NCBI GenBank assembly: GCA_003554615.1
Contig: PWGX01000027.1
Span: 38,619 to 102,618, forward strand
DNA from: Syntrophomonadaceae bacterium
GTDB lineage: Bacteria; Bacillota; Dethiobacteria; DTU022
Direction of reading: 5' to 3'
Length of the DNA stretch: 64,000 bases
Part shown: one piece after another, positions 56,119 to 64,000 of the stretch
Position numbering within the stretch: the first letter of the stretch is position 1
Layout of the letters: the number at the start of each line of letters is the position of its first letter
Notes under the pieces: generated by a model
Told to the model about the DNA's origin: nothing
Databases searched by the model: none
The model's input: the letters and a program-made list of their open reading frames with translations, nothing else
Program-made: the position numbers and the translations under genes

Positions 56119-58527
56119 ATGGCCTTGAAAGAAATTCGAAAGGCTGCTGTTCTCGGCGCCGGAGTAATGGGCGCCACCATTGCTGCTCATCTGGCCAATG
56201 TGGGCATCCCGGTTTTACTGCTCGACATTGTCCCCCGTGAGCTGACCCCGAAAGAAGAAAAAAAGGGTCTGACCCTGGAAAGCCCCGAAGTTCGAAACCG
56301 CCTGGCCAACAACGGGAAAAATGAATTATTGAAGCAAAAATTAAATCCCTTCTACCGCAAATCCAACATCGACCGCATCACGACCGGCAATTTTGAGGAT
56401 GACATTGACAAGCTGAAAGATATGGACTGGGTAATAGAAGTTATTGTTGAAAACATGGACATCAAGAAAAAGATGTTCAAGCAAGTCGAGGAAAACTGGA
56501 TCGAGGGAACTATTGTCTCTTCCAATACATCCGGCCTTTCCATCAATGAAATGGTCAGCGATAGCTCTCAGGAATTTCGCAAGCATTTCCTGGGAACCCA
56601 CTTTTTTAACCCTCCCCGCTATATGAAACTGCTGGAGTTAATCCCCTGCGAGGACACTTCGAAGGAAGTCCTCGACTACATGCACCGCTTCTGCGAACGG
56701 GCCCTTGGCAAGGGGGTAGTATATGCCAAGGATACCCCCAACTTTATCGCCAACCGCATCGGCACCTATGCCATGATGTATACGATCAAACTGATGCAGG
56801 AAGAAAACATGAGCATCGAGGAAGTCGATACCATCACCGGGCCGCCGATGGGCCACCCTAAGAGCGCCTCTTTCCGGACCCTCGACATGGTCGGCGCCGA
56901 CACCTTTTACCATGTAGCCAACACGGTCTATAACCAGTCGGATGACCCGGAAGAGAAACAAGTCTTTAAAATTCCCGACCTGCTGCAAAAAATGGTCGAC
57001 AACAAAATGCTCGGCGAAAAAACCCAGCAGGGCTTCTACAAAAAAGTCAAGGGCGAAAGCGGTTCCGAAATTTTAGCCCTCGACTATGAAAAGTTCGACT
57101 ACCGGCCCAAGGAAAAACCTCGTTTTGATATCCTCTCCAAGACCAAGCAGGCCGGCCTTAAGAAAGGCTACAAAATGCTGGTCGAATCCGACGACAAAGC
57201 CGGCAAGTTTGCCTGGAACCTGACCAAAAAACTCCTTGTTTACACGGCCAGGCTGATCCCTGAAATTGCCGACGATATCGTCAATGTCGACCGGGCCATG
57301 CGCTGGGGCTTTAACTGGAAACTGGGCCCCTTTGAAACCTGGGATACAATCGGGATAAAAGAAAGCGTCGAACGGATGAAAAACGAGGGTGAAGAAATCC
57401 CGGCCAACGTGGAGCAAATGCTAGAAAAAGGATACGAAAGCTTTTATAAGGAAGACGAGGAAGGATACCGCTTCTTCTACGACTTTGATACCGGAGCTTA
57501 CAATCCGGTCCCGATCAGCCCCGAGGTGATCAGCCTGCCCGCCCTGAAAAAGCAGAACAGGCTGATTAAAGGCAACGACGACGGCAGCCTGGTCGATCTG
57601 GGCGACGGGATCTGCTGCCTGGAACAGCACAGCCCGCGCCAGGCTTTGTCTCCCCAATTCTGGGAATTTATCCACGAAGCGGTGGAAGAAGCCGAGAAAA
57701 ATTATGTGGGTATGGTCGTCGGCAACCAGGAAACCAACTTCTGCGTCGGGGCAAATGTGGCCCTGATGCTGATGGCGGCCCAGTCCGGCGACTGGGACAT
57801 GATTGACCAGACCGCCAAAAGGCTCCAGGACGGCCTGATGGCTATGAAATATGCTTCCGTTCCCGTGATTACCGCCCCCCACCGGATGACCTTAGGCGGC
57901 GGGCTGGAAGTGGCCCTGCACGGCGACCGCATGCATGCGGCTGCTGAAACCTACATGGGCCTTGTTGAAGTCGGCATGGGGCTGCTGCCCGGCGGCGGCG
58001 GCAACAAAGAATACCTGATCCGCTTTACTGAAAGCCTTAAGGAAGGCGTCAAGGTAGATCGGCTGCCTTTCGTCCAGAAAGCGTTTGAAGCGATCGCCAT
58101 GGCCACGGTGGCCACCAGCGCCCGCCATGCCCAGGAGCTCGGTTTCATGCGGCCGACGGACAAAATAACTGTCAACCAGGATCACCTCCTCCATGATGCC
58201 AAAAATACCGCCCTGGCCATGCACCTGGAAGGTTACGCCCCCCCCGAACTCAAACCGATCAATGTACTCGGGGAATACGGCGTGGCCACCTTCAAAGTAG
58301 GCGTCCAGAACATGCTCTGGGGCGGTTACATTACCGAACATGAGCAGAAAATAGCCAATGAGATTGCCTTTGTTCTCTGCGGAGGAAATATAAAACCGGA
58401 TTCGCTTGTCAGTGAACAGTACCTGCTGGATCTCGAACGGGAAGCCTTCCTGCGCCTGCTCGGCGAAGAAAAGACACAGGAACGGATCAACCACTTCCTG
58501 TCCACAGGCAAGCCTTTACGTAACTAA
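56119..58527 (+). CDS. fadN: multifunctional 3-hydroxyacyl-CoA dehydrogenase / enoyl-CoA hydratase (FadN/FadB-like)
   Basis: 802 aa. N-terminal NAD-binding 3HCDH domain ([17 protein letters not shown]), C-terminal crotonase-fold domain. Confidence 0.85.
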   Translation: MALKEIRKAAVLGAGVMGATIAAHLANVGIPVLLLDIVPRELTPKEEKKGLTLESPEVRNRLANNGKNELLKQKLNPFYRKSNIDRITTGNFEDDIDKLKDMDWVIEVIVENMDIKKKMFKQVEENWIEGTIVSSNTSGLSINEMVSDSSQEFRKHFLGTHFFNPPRYMKLLELIPCEDTSKEVLDYMHRFCERALGKGVVYAKDTPNFIANRIGTYAMMYTIKLMQEENMSIEEVDTITGPPMGHPKSASFRTLDMVGADTFYHVANTVYNQSDDPEEKQVFKIPDLLQKMVDNKMLGEKTQQGFYKKVKGESGSEILALDYEKFDYRPKEKPRFDILSKTKQAGLKKGYKMLVESDDKAGKFAWNLTKKLLVYTARLIPEIADDIVNVDRAMRWGFNWKLGPFETWDTIGIKESVERMKNEGEEIPANVEQMLEKGYESFYKEDEEGYRFFYDFDTGAYNPVPISPEVISLPALKKQNRLIKGNDDGSLVDLGDGICCLEQHSPRQALSPQFWEFIHEAVEEAEKNYVGMVVGNQETNFCVGANVALMLMAAQSGDWDMIDQTAKRLQDGLMAMKYASVPVITAPHRMTLGGGLEVALHGDRMHAAAETYMGLVEVGMGLLPGGGGNKEYLIRFTESLKEGVKVDRLPFVQKAFEAIAMATVATSARHAQELGFMRPTDKITVNQDHLLHDAKNTALAMHLEGYAPPELKPINVLGEYGVATFKVGVQNMLWGGYITEHEQKIANEIAFVLCGGNIKPDSLVSEQYLLDLEREAFLRLLGEEKTQERINHFLSTGKPLRN

Positions 58528-58544
58528 TGAAGGAGGTAAATAAT

Positions 58545-59723
58545 ATGAGAGAAGCTGTTATCGTTTCCATTGTCAGGACAGCTATCGGCAGGGCCCCCCG
58601 GGGCACGCTGCGCAACACCCGGCCTGAACATATGGGCACCACAGCTGTTAAAGAAGCAATTAACCGGGCCAAGGGCCTGGACAGTGCCGAGATAGAAGAC
58701 GTGATCCTGGGCTGCTCCTTCCCGGAAGGAGAACAGGGAATGAACCTTGGCCGCATCGTGGCCCTCCAGTCCGGCCTGCCCGACAGCGTCCCCGGACAGA
58801 CCGTAAACCGCTTCTGCTCCTCCGGCCTGCAGTCAATCACCATGGCCGCAGAAAGGATCATGTGCGGTTTTGCCGATGTGATCGTGGCCGGGGGTGTTGA
58901 AAGTATGAGCGTGGTTCCCATGGGCGGCAACAAGCTGGCCCCGAGCCCGCAATTGGTAGAAGATCACATCGAAGCCTATATTCCCATGGGCATTACCGCC
59001 GAATTTGTCGCCCAGCGCTTTAATATATCCCGTGAAGATCAGGACCAGTTCGGTCTGAAAAGCCACCAGAGGGCTGCAGCGGCCATCGATGAAGGGCGCT
59101 TTAAAGACGAAATAGTACCGTTAAAGGTTGTCGAACGCGAAGTGGGGCCCGACAATAAGATCGTGGAAAAAGAAAAAACCTTTGAGGTGGACGAAGGAGT
59201 CCGCCCGGATACCACCCTGGAAGCCCTATCCAAACTGCGCCCGGCTTTTCAAGCCGGGGGGGCCGTTACCGCCGGCAATTCATCGCAGACCAGTGACGGG
59301 GCTGCAGCATGCGTGGTCATGTCCGCAGAAAAAGCGGAAGCCCTGGGCTTAAAACCGATCGCCGTTTTCAGGGGCTTCAGCGTTGCCGGCTGCCCTCCCG
59401 AAATTATGGGCATTGGACCGGCCGTGGCCATCCCGAAGTTGATGCACCAAACCGGGATGAAGCTTGAAGATATTGACCTGTTTGAACTAAACGAAGCCTT
59501 CGCTTCCCAGGCCCTCTACTGCATCCGCGAGCTGGGCTTGAATGAAGATATTGTCAACGTCAACGGCGGGGCAATCGCTCTCGGCCACCCGCTGGGATGC
59601 ACCGGAACCAAGCTGACCGCCACCCTGCTCCATGAAATGGGCAGACGCGATTACCGGTTCGGTGTAGTTTCCATGTGCATCGGTGGAGGCATGGGCGCAG
59701 CCGGCCTGTTTGAACGGGTCTAA
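58545..59723 (+). CDS. fadA: acetyl-CoA C-acyltransferase / 3-ketoacyl-CoA thiolase
   Basis: Thiolase motifs (…[12 protein letters not shown]…, [22 protein letters not shown]). Start placed at the second ATG (MREAVIVS), preceded by GAAGGAGG. Confidence 0.9.
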   Translation: MREAVIVSIVRTAIGRAPRGTLRNTRPEHMGTTAVKEAINRAKGLDSAEIEDVILGCSFPEGEQGMNLGRIVALQSGLPDSVPGQTVNRFCSSGLQSITMAAERIMCGFADVIVAGGVESMSVVPMGGNKLAPSPQLVEDHIEAYIPMGITAEFVAQRFNISREDQDQFGLKSHQRAAAAIDEGRFKDEIVPLKVVEREVGPDNKIVEKEKTFEVDEGVRPDTTLEALSKLRPAFQAGGAVTAGNSSQTSDGAAACVVMSAEKAEALGLKPIAVFRGFSVAGCPPEIMGIGPAVAIPKLMHQTGMKLEDIDLFELNEAFASQALYCIRELGLNEDIVNVNGGAIALGHPLGCTGTKLTATLLHEMGRRDYRFGVVSMCIGGGMGAAGLFERV

Positions 59724-59769
59724 TTAATCAGGCCAACAACGAAAATATGAGCTAAAACGGGCGATAATC

Positions 59770-59832
59770 AGGACACTGTGCTTAATCATAGCCGGGTTTT
59801 ATGTTATGATAAGAGCACAGTGTCCTTTTCTA
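59770..59832 (+). terminator. long-hairpin intrinsic terminator after fadA (13-bp perfect arms AGGACACTGTGCT / AGCACAGTGTCCT + inner 6-bp stem, then TTTTCT)
   Basis: Arms at 59770-59782 and 59814-59826, inner pairing ATCATA/TATGAT, then a T-rich run. Confidence 0.55.
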
Positions 59833-60063
59833 TCTACAATTCCCCTCTTACCTGACAGGCAGAGGGACCAGAGGCTTGTGCTTTGGATAGTGCGTTCAGA
59901 CACGGTCTTGCTGCCTGCTTTTGAACCTGTAATCTTAAAAGGCTGCCTTAAAGGGCCCGCCCCTGTGATTTAAATAGCCCTGTTTAAACTTTTACCGCCG
60001 GTACTAAATTATACATACCGCCTGCCAGTAAGTACCGGTCATAAAGGAGGATAATATAGCATC

Positions 60064-61239
60064 ATGACTCCGATTGAAGAGCTGCAAAACAGGATCAAGA
60101 AACTGCAGGCCGCCATGCGTGAAAAAGAAATCGGTGGAGCCCTGCTGATCCAGAGGGCCGACCTATTTTACTTCAGCGGCACCGGACAAAACGGGCACCT
60201 TTTTATTCCCGCTGAAGGCGAACCGACCCTGATCATAAAAAAGTCGGTGACCCGAGCCCAGCAGGAAAGCTCCCTGGATAAGATTATTCCTTTTTCAGGC
60301 TGGGGCGCGCTGGTTGACTTAATTGAAAAAACAGTTTCTCCCTCCTCTGTTTTAGGTCTCGAACTGGATGTCCTGCCGGCCAACCTGTACTTTAGGTACA
60401 GGGAAAAACTAAAAAACCACCGGCTCGTTGACATTTCAAACATTATCCGCCAAATCCGGGCTGTCAAATCAGATTATGAAATCGGGCAGATGCGAGAAAC
60501 TGCCACAATCAGCCAGTCTGTCTTTAACTATGCCAAAAATATTATCAGGGAAGGGATGACCGAGGTGGAGCTGGCCGGACACCTTGAATTCCATGCCCGC
60601 ACTTTAGGGCACCAGGGAGCGGTGCGCATGCGCGGTTTTAACCAGGAACTCTATTTCGGCCATGTTCTGACCGGCGATAATGCCACCACCATTTCTTTTT
60701 TTGACGGGCCGACCGGGGGATCGGGGCTTAACCCATCATTCCCCCAAGGTGCCGGGGCTAATGTAATCAGGGAAAATGAACCGATACTAATCGATTTTGT
60801 CAGCGTCCTGAGAGGATACATGGTCGATCAAACCCGAATATTCTGCGTCGGAAAACCGCCCCTCCACCTCCATGAAGCCCACCGCCAGGCGGTTAAAATC
60901 AGGGACGCCCTGGCCGAGATGGGAAAACCCGGGGTAAAATGCAGCGCCCTCTATGAAAAAGCCAAGGAGCTGGTAAACGAAGCCGGGTTGAGCAACCATT
61001 TCATGGGCTACGTGGAACGAGTCAATTTTATCGGTCACGGGGTGGGCATTGAACTGGATGAGCTGCCTGTGATAGCGCCCGGCTTCGATCTGCCTTTAGA
61101 AGAAGGAATGGTCTTTGCCCTGGAACCGAAGTTTATTTTTCCTGCCGAAGGGACCGTGGGTATCGAAGACACCTTCGCGGTTGGTTCTGATCGCCTGGTC
61201 CGGCTGACAAACTTTAGCGCCGATCTGCAGATTATTTAA
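60064..61239 (+). CDS. M24-family Xaa-Pro aminopeptidase / dipeptidase (creatinase-N + peptidase M24 domains)
   Basis: 391 aa. Metal-binding M24 motifs (…HGVGIELDE…, …EPKFIFPAEGTVGIEDTF…). Confidence 0.8.
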   Translation: MTPIEELQNRIKKLQAAMREKEIGGALLIQRADLFYFSGTGQNGHLFIPAEGEPTLIIKKSVTRAQQESSLDKIIPFSGWGALVDLIEKTVSPSSVLGLELDVLPANLYFRYREKLKNHRLVDISNIIRQIRAVKSDYEIGQMRETATISQSVFNYAKNIIREGMTEVELAGHLEFHARTLGHQGAVRMRGFNQELYFGHVLTGDNATTISFFDGPTGGSGLNPSFPQGAGANVIRENEPILIDFVSVLRGYMVDQTRIFCVGKPPLHLHEAHRQAVKIRDALAEMGKPGVKCSALYEKAKELVNEAGLSNHFMGYVERVNFIGHGVGIELDELPVIAPGFDLPLEEGMVFALEPKFIFPAEGTVGIEDTFAVGSDRLVRLTNFSADLQII

Positions 61240-61318
61240 ACCATCATAAAAAATCACCCCCGGATACGACTGCCCGTAAGCGCGTATACGGAGGATACTT
61301 ATTTATTGCCAAAAATTT

Positions 61319-61340
61319 AAGAGCCGACCGGCTCTTTATT
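61319..61340. terminator. bidirectional hairpin terminator (AAGAGCC-gacc-GGCTCTT flanked by A-run/T-run)
   Basis: 7-bp stem with 4-nt loop, A5 upstream and TTTATT downstream. It can terminate pepP (+) and the small minus-strand ORF. Confidence 0.45.
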
Positions 61341-61350
61341 AAAGCCTTTA

Positions 61351-61434
61351 TCAGCCCCCGCCGGTATTGCACCCAAACAGCAGCAGCATACCCATAACAG
61401 TTATTGCCAGCAATGCCACTTTGGCCAGGCCCAT
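61351..61434 (-). CDS. 27-codon ORF encoding a lipoprotein-type signal peptide (MGLAKVALLAITVMGMLLLFGC|NTGGG); possible entericidin-like small lipoprotein or frameshifted remnant
   Basis: ATG preceded by GGGGGUG. Sequence K-hydrophobic core-LLFGC resembles a lipobox. Only 5 residues follow the Cys. An adjacent frame continues with an amphipathic GLIKALIKSRSALKFLAINK stretch. Followed by the hairpin terminator. Confidence 0.25.
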   Translation of the reverse strand: MGLAKVALLAITVMGMLLLFGCNTGGG

Positions 61435-61658
61435 TTAAGCACCCCCGCTTTAGTATTAATAAAATTAATACCACAACTGCCTATAATTAGCAACTTGTAA
61501 ATGTTCAAAAAACGCTAGCCCGGGGTTTATTTTTTCACAGGTAACCGTTATGAAAGCTGATTATGAAAATTACTTTATGTTAACAAAAAATAGATTTTAA
61601 ATTATTATTAGCCGTAAAATCAACTTTTTTTACAGGCAAATACCAGTTCTGTTCACAG

Positions 61659-61720
61659 TATACACAGAGTTATCCACAGGCTTTAGCCGATATCTCCGTT
61701 TGAAGATCATATTATCCACA
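61659..61720 (+). promoter_or_regulatory. cluster of three same-orientation DnaA boxes (gTATaCACA, TTATCCACA, TTATCCACA)
   Basis: Perfect 9-mers TTATCCACA at 61670-61678 and 61712-61720, and a 2-mismatch box at 61659-61668. Located about 220 bp upstream of the ferredoxin gene. Confidence 0.45.
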
Positions 61721-61939
61721 TTATTCGCACCCGGTAACCATAACATACTGCCTGTTTCTGGCAATAAAGATGGCATGTAAATTGAGGTCAAGTTCAAAAA
61801 TACAACCTTTTTTGGTACCCGTTAACTGTCCTGCGGTTAAATTCAAATTGCAAAAAATAAGCTTTAAAAAAAGGGAAAACGGATTAATTAGCGAATATCA
61901 TTATGGAAAAACTCTATTACTATTTAAGGAGGCATCAGC

Positions 61940-62122
61940 ATGGAAATCAGAGTAAACGATGATTGCAGCGCCTGCGGTATTTGTGAGGATATTTGCCCTG
62001 AAGTTTTTGAATTAGGAGATGAAAAGGCAGAAGTCAAAGTCAATCCAGTGCCTGCAGAACACGAAGACAGCGTTCGTGAAGCAGCTGAAGAATGTCCTAC
62101 CGAGTCGATTGAAATCTCCTAA
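61940..62122 (+). CDS. small single-cluster ferredoxin ([4Fe-4S]/[3Fe-4S], ~60 aa)
   Basis: CSACGICEDICP … CP pattern. Size and spacing match Thermotoga/Desulfovibrio-type monocluster ferredoxins. Preceded by the RBS AAGGAGG. Confidence 0.8.
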   Translation: MEIRVNDDCSACGICEDICPEVFELGDEKAEVKVNPVPAEHEDSVREAAEECPTESIEIS

Positions 62123-62146
62123 TAAAACAACATAACCGTCTCAGAC

Positions 62147-62175
62147 AAAGCCCGCTTTATGCGGGTTTTGTTTTT
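62147..62175 (+). terminator. intrinsic terminator after ferredoxin gene (AAAGCCCGC-tttat-GCGGGTTTTGTTTTT)
   Basis: GC-rich 5-8 bp stem followed by a T-run. Confidence 0.7.
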
Positions 62176-62324
62176 ACCTCTAAACACGGACGGTTAATGA
62201 CCACTACTTTAAGATGGCTTGATTTAACCCGCCGGCCCGGGTCCCGGCCGGTTATAAGTTTCCCGGGGTGAAGGAATTTTTTTCTAACTGCCGAATTGAT
62301 ATAAAGACCATTTGTTGAAAACTC

Positions 62325-63902
62325 ATGAGAGAAGAAGGGGAAAATTTGAAGCTGGATAACTTGTTACAAAGCATCTCGGTCCTTGAAGAACACTCCGGAT
62401 CCGGCAGCATGCCGGAACCGGATCAAAACATCACGGGCCTGGCCTACCACTCAGGGCAGGTCGAAGAGGAATTCCTTTTTGTCTGCCTCAAAGGTTATAA
62501 GACCGACGGGCACCTGTACCTGGAACAGGCCTGTGAAAAAGGAGCGGCGGCGGCTGTAGTCGAGTATTTCCGGGAGGATATTGATCTGCCCCAGTACCGT
62601 GTAGCCGACAGCCGGGCCGCCCTGGCGGCCCTGGCCGATCACTTTTATGATCACCCCTCCTCGAAAATCCACGTCACCGGGGTAACTGCAACCAACGGCA
62701 AAACCACCACTACCTACATGTTAAACGCAATCCTGGAGGAGCAGGGCCTGAACACCGGACTGGTCGGAACGGTAATTGTTAAAACAGGCCCTGTTGTCCG
62801 GCCGGCCGAATTGACCACCCCCGAATCCCTCGATCTGCACCGTATTTTCCACCAGATAGTCGAACAAAATGTTTCCCACGCTGTAATGGAGGTTTCTTCT
62901 TCAGGGCTGGAACTAAAACGGGTGGGCCACATCGATTACGATACCGTGGTCCTGAACAACATCAGCCGCGAACATATCGACCTGCACGGGTCCTTCGAAG
63001 ACTACTTCAAGGCCAAGGCCGGGTTGATCCGGACTGCCAAAAAGGGCAGCCGGGCGGTGCTCAACCTGGATTGCCCCTACAGCTCCTCTTTACAAAACGA
63101 AACTGCAGCAGCAGTTTTTACTTACGGCCTGAAAAACAGGGAAGCGGACTGCCTGGTCCATGACCTCGATCTGAGTACCGGCCGGGCTCGCTTTAAGGTT
63201 GAAGTACAGAAAAGGTCGCCGGCTGACATATCTGCCGCCTATCCCGAGCCATTCCGGGTAGAGCTTTCGGTACTGGGCCTGCACAGCGTCTACAATGCCA
63301 TGGCCGCAATCTTGTCCGCCTTGATCCTGCGCATTCCCGTCCCGGTAATCCAGAAAGCCCTGCAGGAATTTCGCGGGGTGGAAAGGCGGTTTGAACTAAT
63401 TTTTGAAGATGATTTTAAAGTAATCGACGATCACTTCGCCAATTACGGCAACATCAATGTAACCCTGGAAACCCTGCAAATGATGGACTACAACCGCCTG
63501 CACCTGGTCTATGCAATCAGGGGCGGCCGGGGAGTGACCGTCAATCGCGAGAACGCCGAAGCCATCGCCGAATGGGCTCCGCGGCTGGGGCTGGACAAGG
63601 TAATCGCCACCACCAGCGGATCCCATACAGATGAAAAAGATGTGGTCACCGAAGAAGAAAAGGCTGTATATGAAACGGTCATGAAAGAAGCGGGGTTGAA
63701 AACAGAAATTTTTGATGAGCTGCCTGATGCCATCGCCCGGGGCCTGGAAAATGCCGGCCCGGACGATGTTGTTTTGCTGGCCGGCTGCCAGGGCATGGAT
63801 TACGGTGCCGGGATCTGCCTGGAACAAATCCACCGTTTGAAACCGCACCTGGACAAAGAAAAAGTTTTTGCCGCCCTTAAAAACAGGGTGGCCGGGATTT
63901 GA
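62325..63902 (+). CDS. Mur ligase family protein (MurE-like paralogue)
   Basis: 525 aa. MurE-type N-terminal domain (ITGLAYHSGQVEEEFLFVCLKGYKTDGHLYLEQACEKGAAAAVVE) and Mur ligase P-loop (VTGVTATNGKTTTTYM). C-terminal domain atypical. Not in a dcw cluster, so likely a paralogue rather than the housekeeping murE. Confidence 0.7.
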   Translation: MREEGENLKLDNLLQSISVLEEHSGSGSMPEPDQNITGLAYHSGQVEEEFLFVCLKGYKTDGHLYLEQACEKGAAAAVVEYFREDIDLPQYRVADSRAALAALADHFYDHPSSKIHVTGVTATNGKTTTTYMLNAILEEQGLNTGLVGTVIVKTGPVVRPAELTTPESLDLHRIFHQIVEQNVSHAVMEVSSSGLELKRVGHIDYDTVVLNNISREHIDLHGSFEDYFKAKAGLIRTAKKGSRAVLNLDCPYSSSLQNETAAAVFTYGLKNREADCLVHDLDLSTGRARFKVEVQKRSPADISAAYPEPFRVELSVLGLHSVYNAMAAILSALILRIPVPVIQKALQEFRGVERRFELIFEDDFKVIDDHFANYGNINVTLETLQMMDYNRLHLVYAIRGGRGVTVNRENAEAIAEWAPRLGLDKVIATTSGSHTDEKDVVTEEEKAVYETVMKEAGLKTEIFDELPDAIARGLENAGPDDVVLLAGCQGMDYGAGICLEQIHRLKPHLDKEKVFAALKNRVAGI

Positions 63903-63917
63903 GCAAAAGTCAGGCCT

Positions 63918-64000
63918 TTAAGCTTCCTTAACTTCCACTCCGCCCATGATCGCCCGGGCCTGGATGCGAACGATCTTACTGCTGTCTTCCCGGACATTGC
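63918..64000 (-). CDS. 3' end of an unidentified minus-strand CDS running off the window edge
   Basis: Open frame …KIVRIQARAIMGGVEVKEA* ending at TAA 63918-63920. Only 26 codons are visible. Confidence 0.2.
   Translation of the reverse strand, partial: NVREDSSKIVRIQARAIMGGVEVKEA

Noticed and set aside
61244-61474. 76-aa minus-strand ORF (MVLILLILKRGCLNG…)
   Set aside because: It has no RBS and an odd composition. It overlaps a better-supported 27-codon signal-peptide ORF in another frame and a terminator hairpin. It is probably a chance ORF in an AT-rich spacer.
61650-61725. DnaA-box cluster as chromosomal origin (oriC)
   Set aside because: No dnaA, dnaN, rpmH or gyrB lies nearby. Only 3 boxes are present, and no AT-rich DUE was identified. 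Better explained as a regulatory or titration site, and reported as such.
63800-63997. 65-aa minus-strand ORF at the 3' edge
   Set aside because: It overlaps the Mur ligase gene in antisense and has a biased composition. A different short frame (63918-64000) is a more plausible real gene end.
1-64000. CRISPR arrays, rRNA/tRNA genes, prophage or integrative elements
   Set aside because: No regularly spaced direct repeats beyond two-copy tandem duplications were found. No cloverleaf-like tRNA candidates were evident in the intergenic regions. No phage or integrase-like ORFs appear in the six-frame track.

Overview
This 64 kb window looks like a Clostridia-type Firmicutes chromosome segment, roughly 50% GC by eye. 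Gene content suggests an anaerobic, possibly syntrophic, fatty-acid- or amino-acid-oxidising organism. Almost every gene from position 164 to 55067 is on the minus strand. A plus-strand block of fatty-acid beta-oxidation genes follows (fadR-like TetR regulator, fadN, fadA), then pepP, a ferredoxin and a Mur ligase paralogue.

Reading the minus strand from high to low coordinates, the order is:
- tig, clpP, clpX, lon, engB
- an orphan HgdC/BadF-type activase
- gdh, a four-subunit 2-oxoacid:ferredoxin oxidoreductase (delta, alpha, beta, gamma), and pxpABC (5-oxoprolinase)
- valS and folC
- a very large energy-conservation locus (about 15568-32993): rnfCDGEAB, followed on the same strand after 88 bp by twelve Mrp/Mbh-type membrane-arm genes (E, F, G, MbhD-like, MbhE-like, B, C, two MrpD-like, three NuoL/MrpA-like of about 670 aa each), ending with apbE. 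No hydrogenase or NuoBCDHI-type catalytic subunits are present.
- a Gx transporter, maf, radC, a TIGR03960/TIGR03936 radical SAM pair, and rng
- on the plus strand, a tupABC tungstate transporter
- rplU, rpmA, obg, an RRM protein, nadD, yqeK, rsfS and a ThiF-like E1 enzyme

The headline finding is the Rnf-Mrp/Mbh-like-ApbE supercluster with three tandem NuoL-like paralogues carrying unusual C-terminal tails.

Other observations include:
- two genes (tupC, rng) whose conserved N-termini lie upstream of any ATG, GTG or TTG, implying ATT starts coupled to the upstream stop codon
- a candidate Moco/tungsten-cofactor riboswitch upstream of tupA
- a three-box DnaA-box cluster upstream of a small ferredoxin
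- a FadR-type operator upstream of the TetR gene, and a candidate bioO upstream of birA-bioY
- several intrinsic terminators, including one orphan plus-strand terminator, and short tandem repeats in the tig coding sequence and the gdh 5'UTR

No CRISPR arrays, transposases or rRNA/tRNA genes were seen.
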